NCBI GenBank assembly: GCA_029881675.1
Contig: JAOUMD010000001.1
Coordinates: forward strand, 2,930 to 66,929
DNA length: 64,000 nt
DNA from: Minisyncoccota bacterium
GTDB taxonomy: Bacteria; Patescibacteriota; Microgenomatia; UBA1400; PJMF01
Direction of reading: 5' to 3'
Position numbers and translations under genes: made by a program. Each line of letters opens with the position of its first letter. Position 1 is the stretch's first letter. Under the pieces are notes generated by a model. It was not told the DNA's origin. It was given only the letters and a program-made list of their open reading frames with translations, and did no database searches. Positions 63,392 to 64,000 of this stretch are shown here, piece after piece.

Positions 63392-64000
63392 ATGTCAAAA
63401 CCACTTATCAGTGTTGCACTAGCTACTCACAATGAAGAAAAAAACCTTTCTATGTGCTTGGATAGCGTCAAAGATTGGGTAGATGAAATCATTATTGCAG
63501 ATGGAGAATCTACAGATCAGACCATTTCAATTGCAAAAAAATATGATGCAAAAGTAATTAAGACAACCAATAAAGCAAACTTTCATATTAACAAACAAAT
63601 TGCCATGGACGAAGCAAAGGGTCTCATTGTTTTACAACTTGATGCAGATGAAGTAGTAGATAAAAAGATGGCCAAGTTTATCAAAGAAAAAGCAAAAGAA
63701 ATCAGTACCATTGAAAAAAAGGATTCTAGAGATATAAAAAACTACCAGCCAAAGGCTTGGAACTTAAGAAGGAGGAATTTCTTTCTTGGTAGATTTCTAA
63801 CAAAGGGTGGGCAATACCCTGACCCTGTCATCAGATTATATATTAATGGATTTGCTAGGTTACCTCAAAAGGATGTTCATGAACAAATGGATGTAAATGG
63901 GAATATAGAATTTGCTAAAGGACACCTCCTTCACTATTCAAATCCAAGCTTTACTGATTATTTACGAAAATTTAATACTTACACATCATTCAAAGCTATG
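63392..64000 (+). CDS. GT2-family (GT-A fold) glycosyltransferase, 3'-truncated by the window edge
   Basis: 'ISVALATHNEEKNLSMCLDSVKDWVDEIIIADGESTDQT...LQLDADE' shows the GT2 D-x-D / D-G-S-T-D-like signatures. No stop before the window end. Starts 3 nt after paralog 6. Confidence 0.7.
   Translation, partial: MSKPLISVALATHNEEKNLSMCLDSVKDWVDEIIIADGESTDQTISIAKKYDAKVIKTTNKANFHINKQIAMDEAKGLIVLQLDADEVVDKKMAKFIKEKAKEISTIEKKDSRDIKNYQPKAWNLRRRNFFLGRFLTKGGQYPDPVIRLYINGFARLPQKDVHEQMDVNGNIEFAKGHLLHYSNPSFTDYLRKFNTYTSFKAM

Overview
This is a visibly AT-rich, gene-dense bacterial window: about 70 genes with short or overlapping junctions and no transposase, integrase or CRISPR array. Its style resembles a reduced-genome Gram-positive-like or CPR/Patescibacteria-type organism: a DUF4012-like protein next to a sugar transferase, a tandem array of GT-C/PMT-family glycosyltransferases, a LemA–HtpX pair, and heavy reliance on salvage genes. 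That placement is inference only.

Housekeeping genes recognised from motifs:
- metK with a SAM-I-type riboswitch in its leader (minus strand, about 6045-6142).
- A Y-family polymerase (dinB) translationally coupled to a small upstream ORF.
- A fused ADP-forming acetyl-CoA synthetase.
- argH–argG behind a sigma70-like promoter and what looks like a T-box leader (15757-15828).
- A nitrogen/aspartate block: glnA, aspartate aminotransferase, an archaeal-type PEP carboxylase and a class-III aminotransferase.
- guaA, pgi, gatCAB, an EpmA-like truncated lysyl-tRNA synthetase paralog, LemA and HtpX.
- A secreted protein carrying about eight tandem 22-aa cysteine-rich repeats (66-bp DNA period, 43560-44110).
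- Six paralogous GT39/PMT-like membrane glycosyltransferases (53414-63389), followed by a GT2 gene running off the window.

The most unusual region is a nucleotide-centred island at roughly 26.6-40.5 kb:
- a purine-type PRTase + guaA operon;
- NT5C-like HAD phosphatases paired divergently with PRTases, seen twice, plus a 771-aa protein that fuses a PRTase and a HAD domain;
- a dNK-like kinase, a nucleoside hydrolase, an HD phosphohydrolase with a frameshifted paralog, a Nudix hydrolase and a methyltransferase;
- six paralogous proteins (four tandem on the minus strand, two on the plus strand) that fuse an N-terminal DNPH1/Rcl / nucleoside 2-deoxyribosyltransferase-like domain to a C-terminal ribbon-helix-helix DNA-binding domain.

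Three of the six fusion proteins keep the catalytic Glu of the G-x-G-x-E motif and three have replaced it. The shared divergent promoter carries repeated ATAGA motifs. I regard this fusion family and the island around it as the candidate undescribed system, either a nucleotide scavenging/sanitation module with built-in one-component regulators or a nucleotide-centred conflict system.

All calls rest on motif recognition by eye; no database searches were run.
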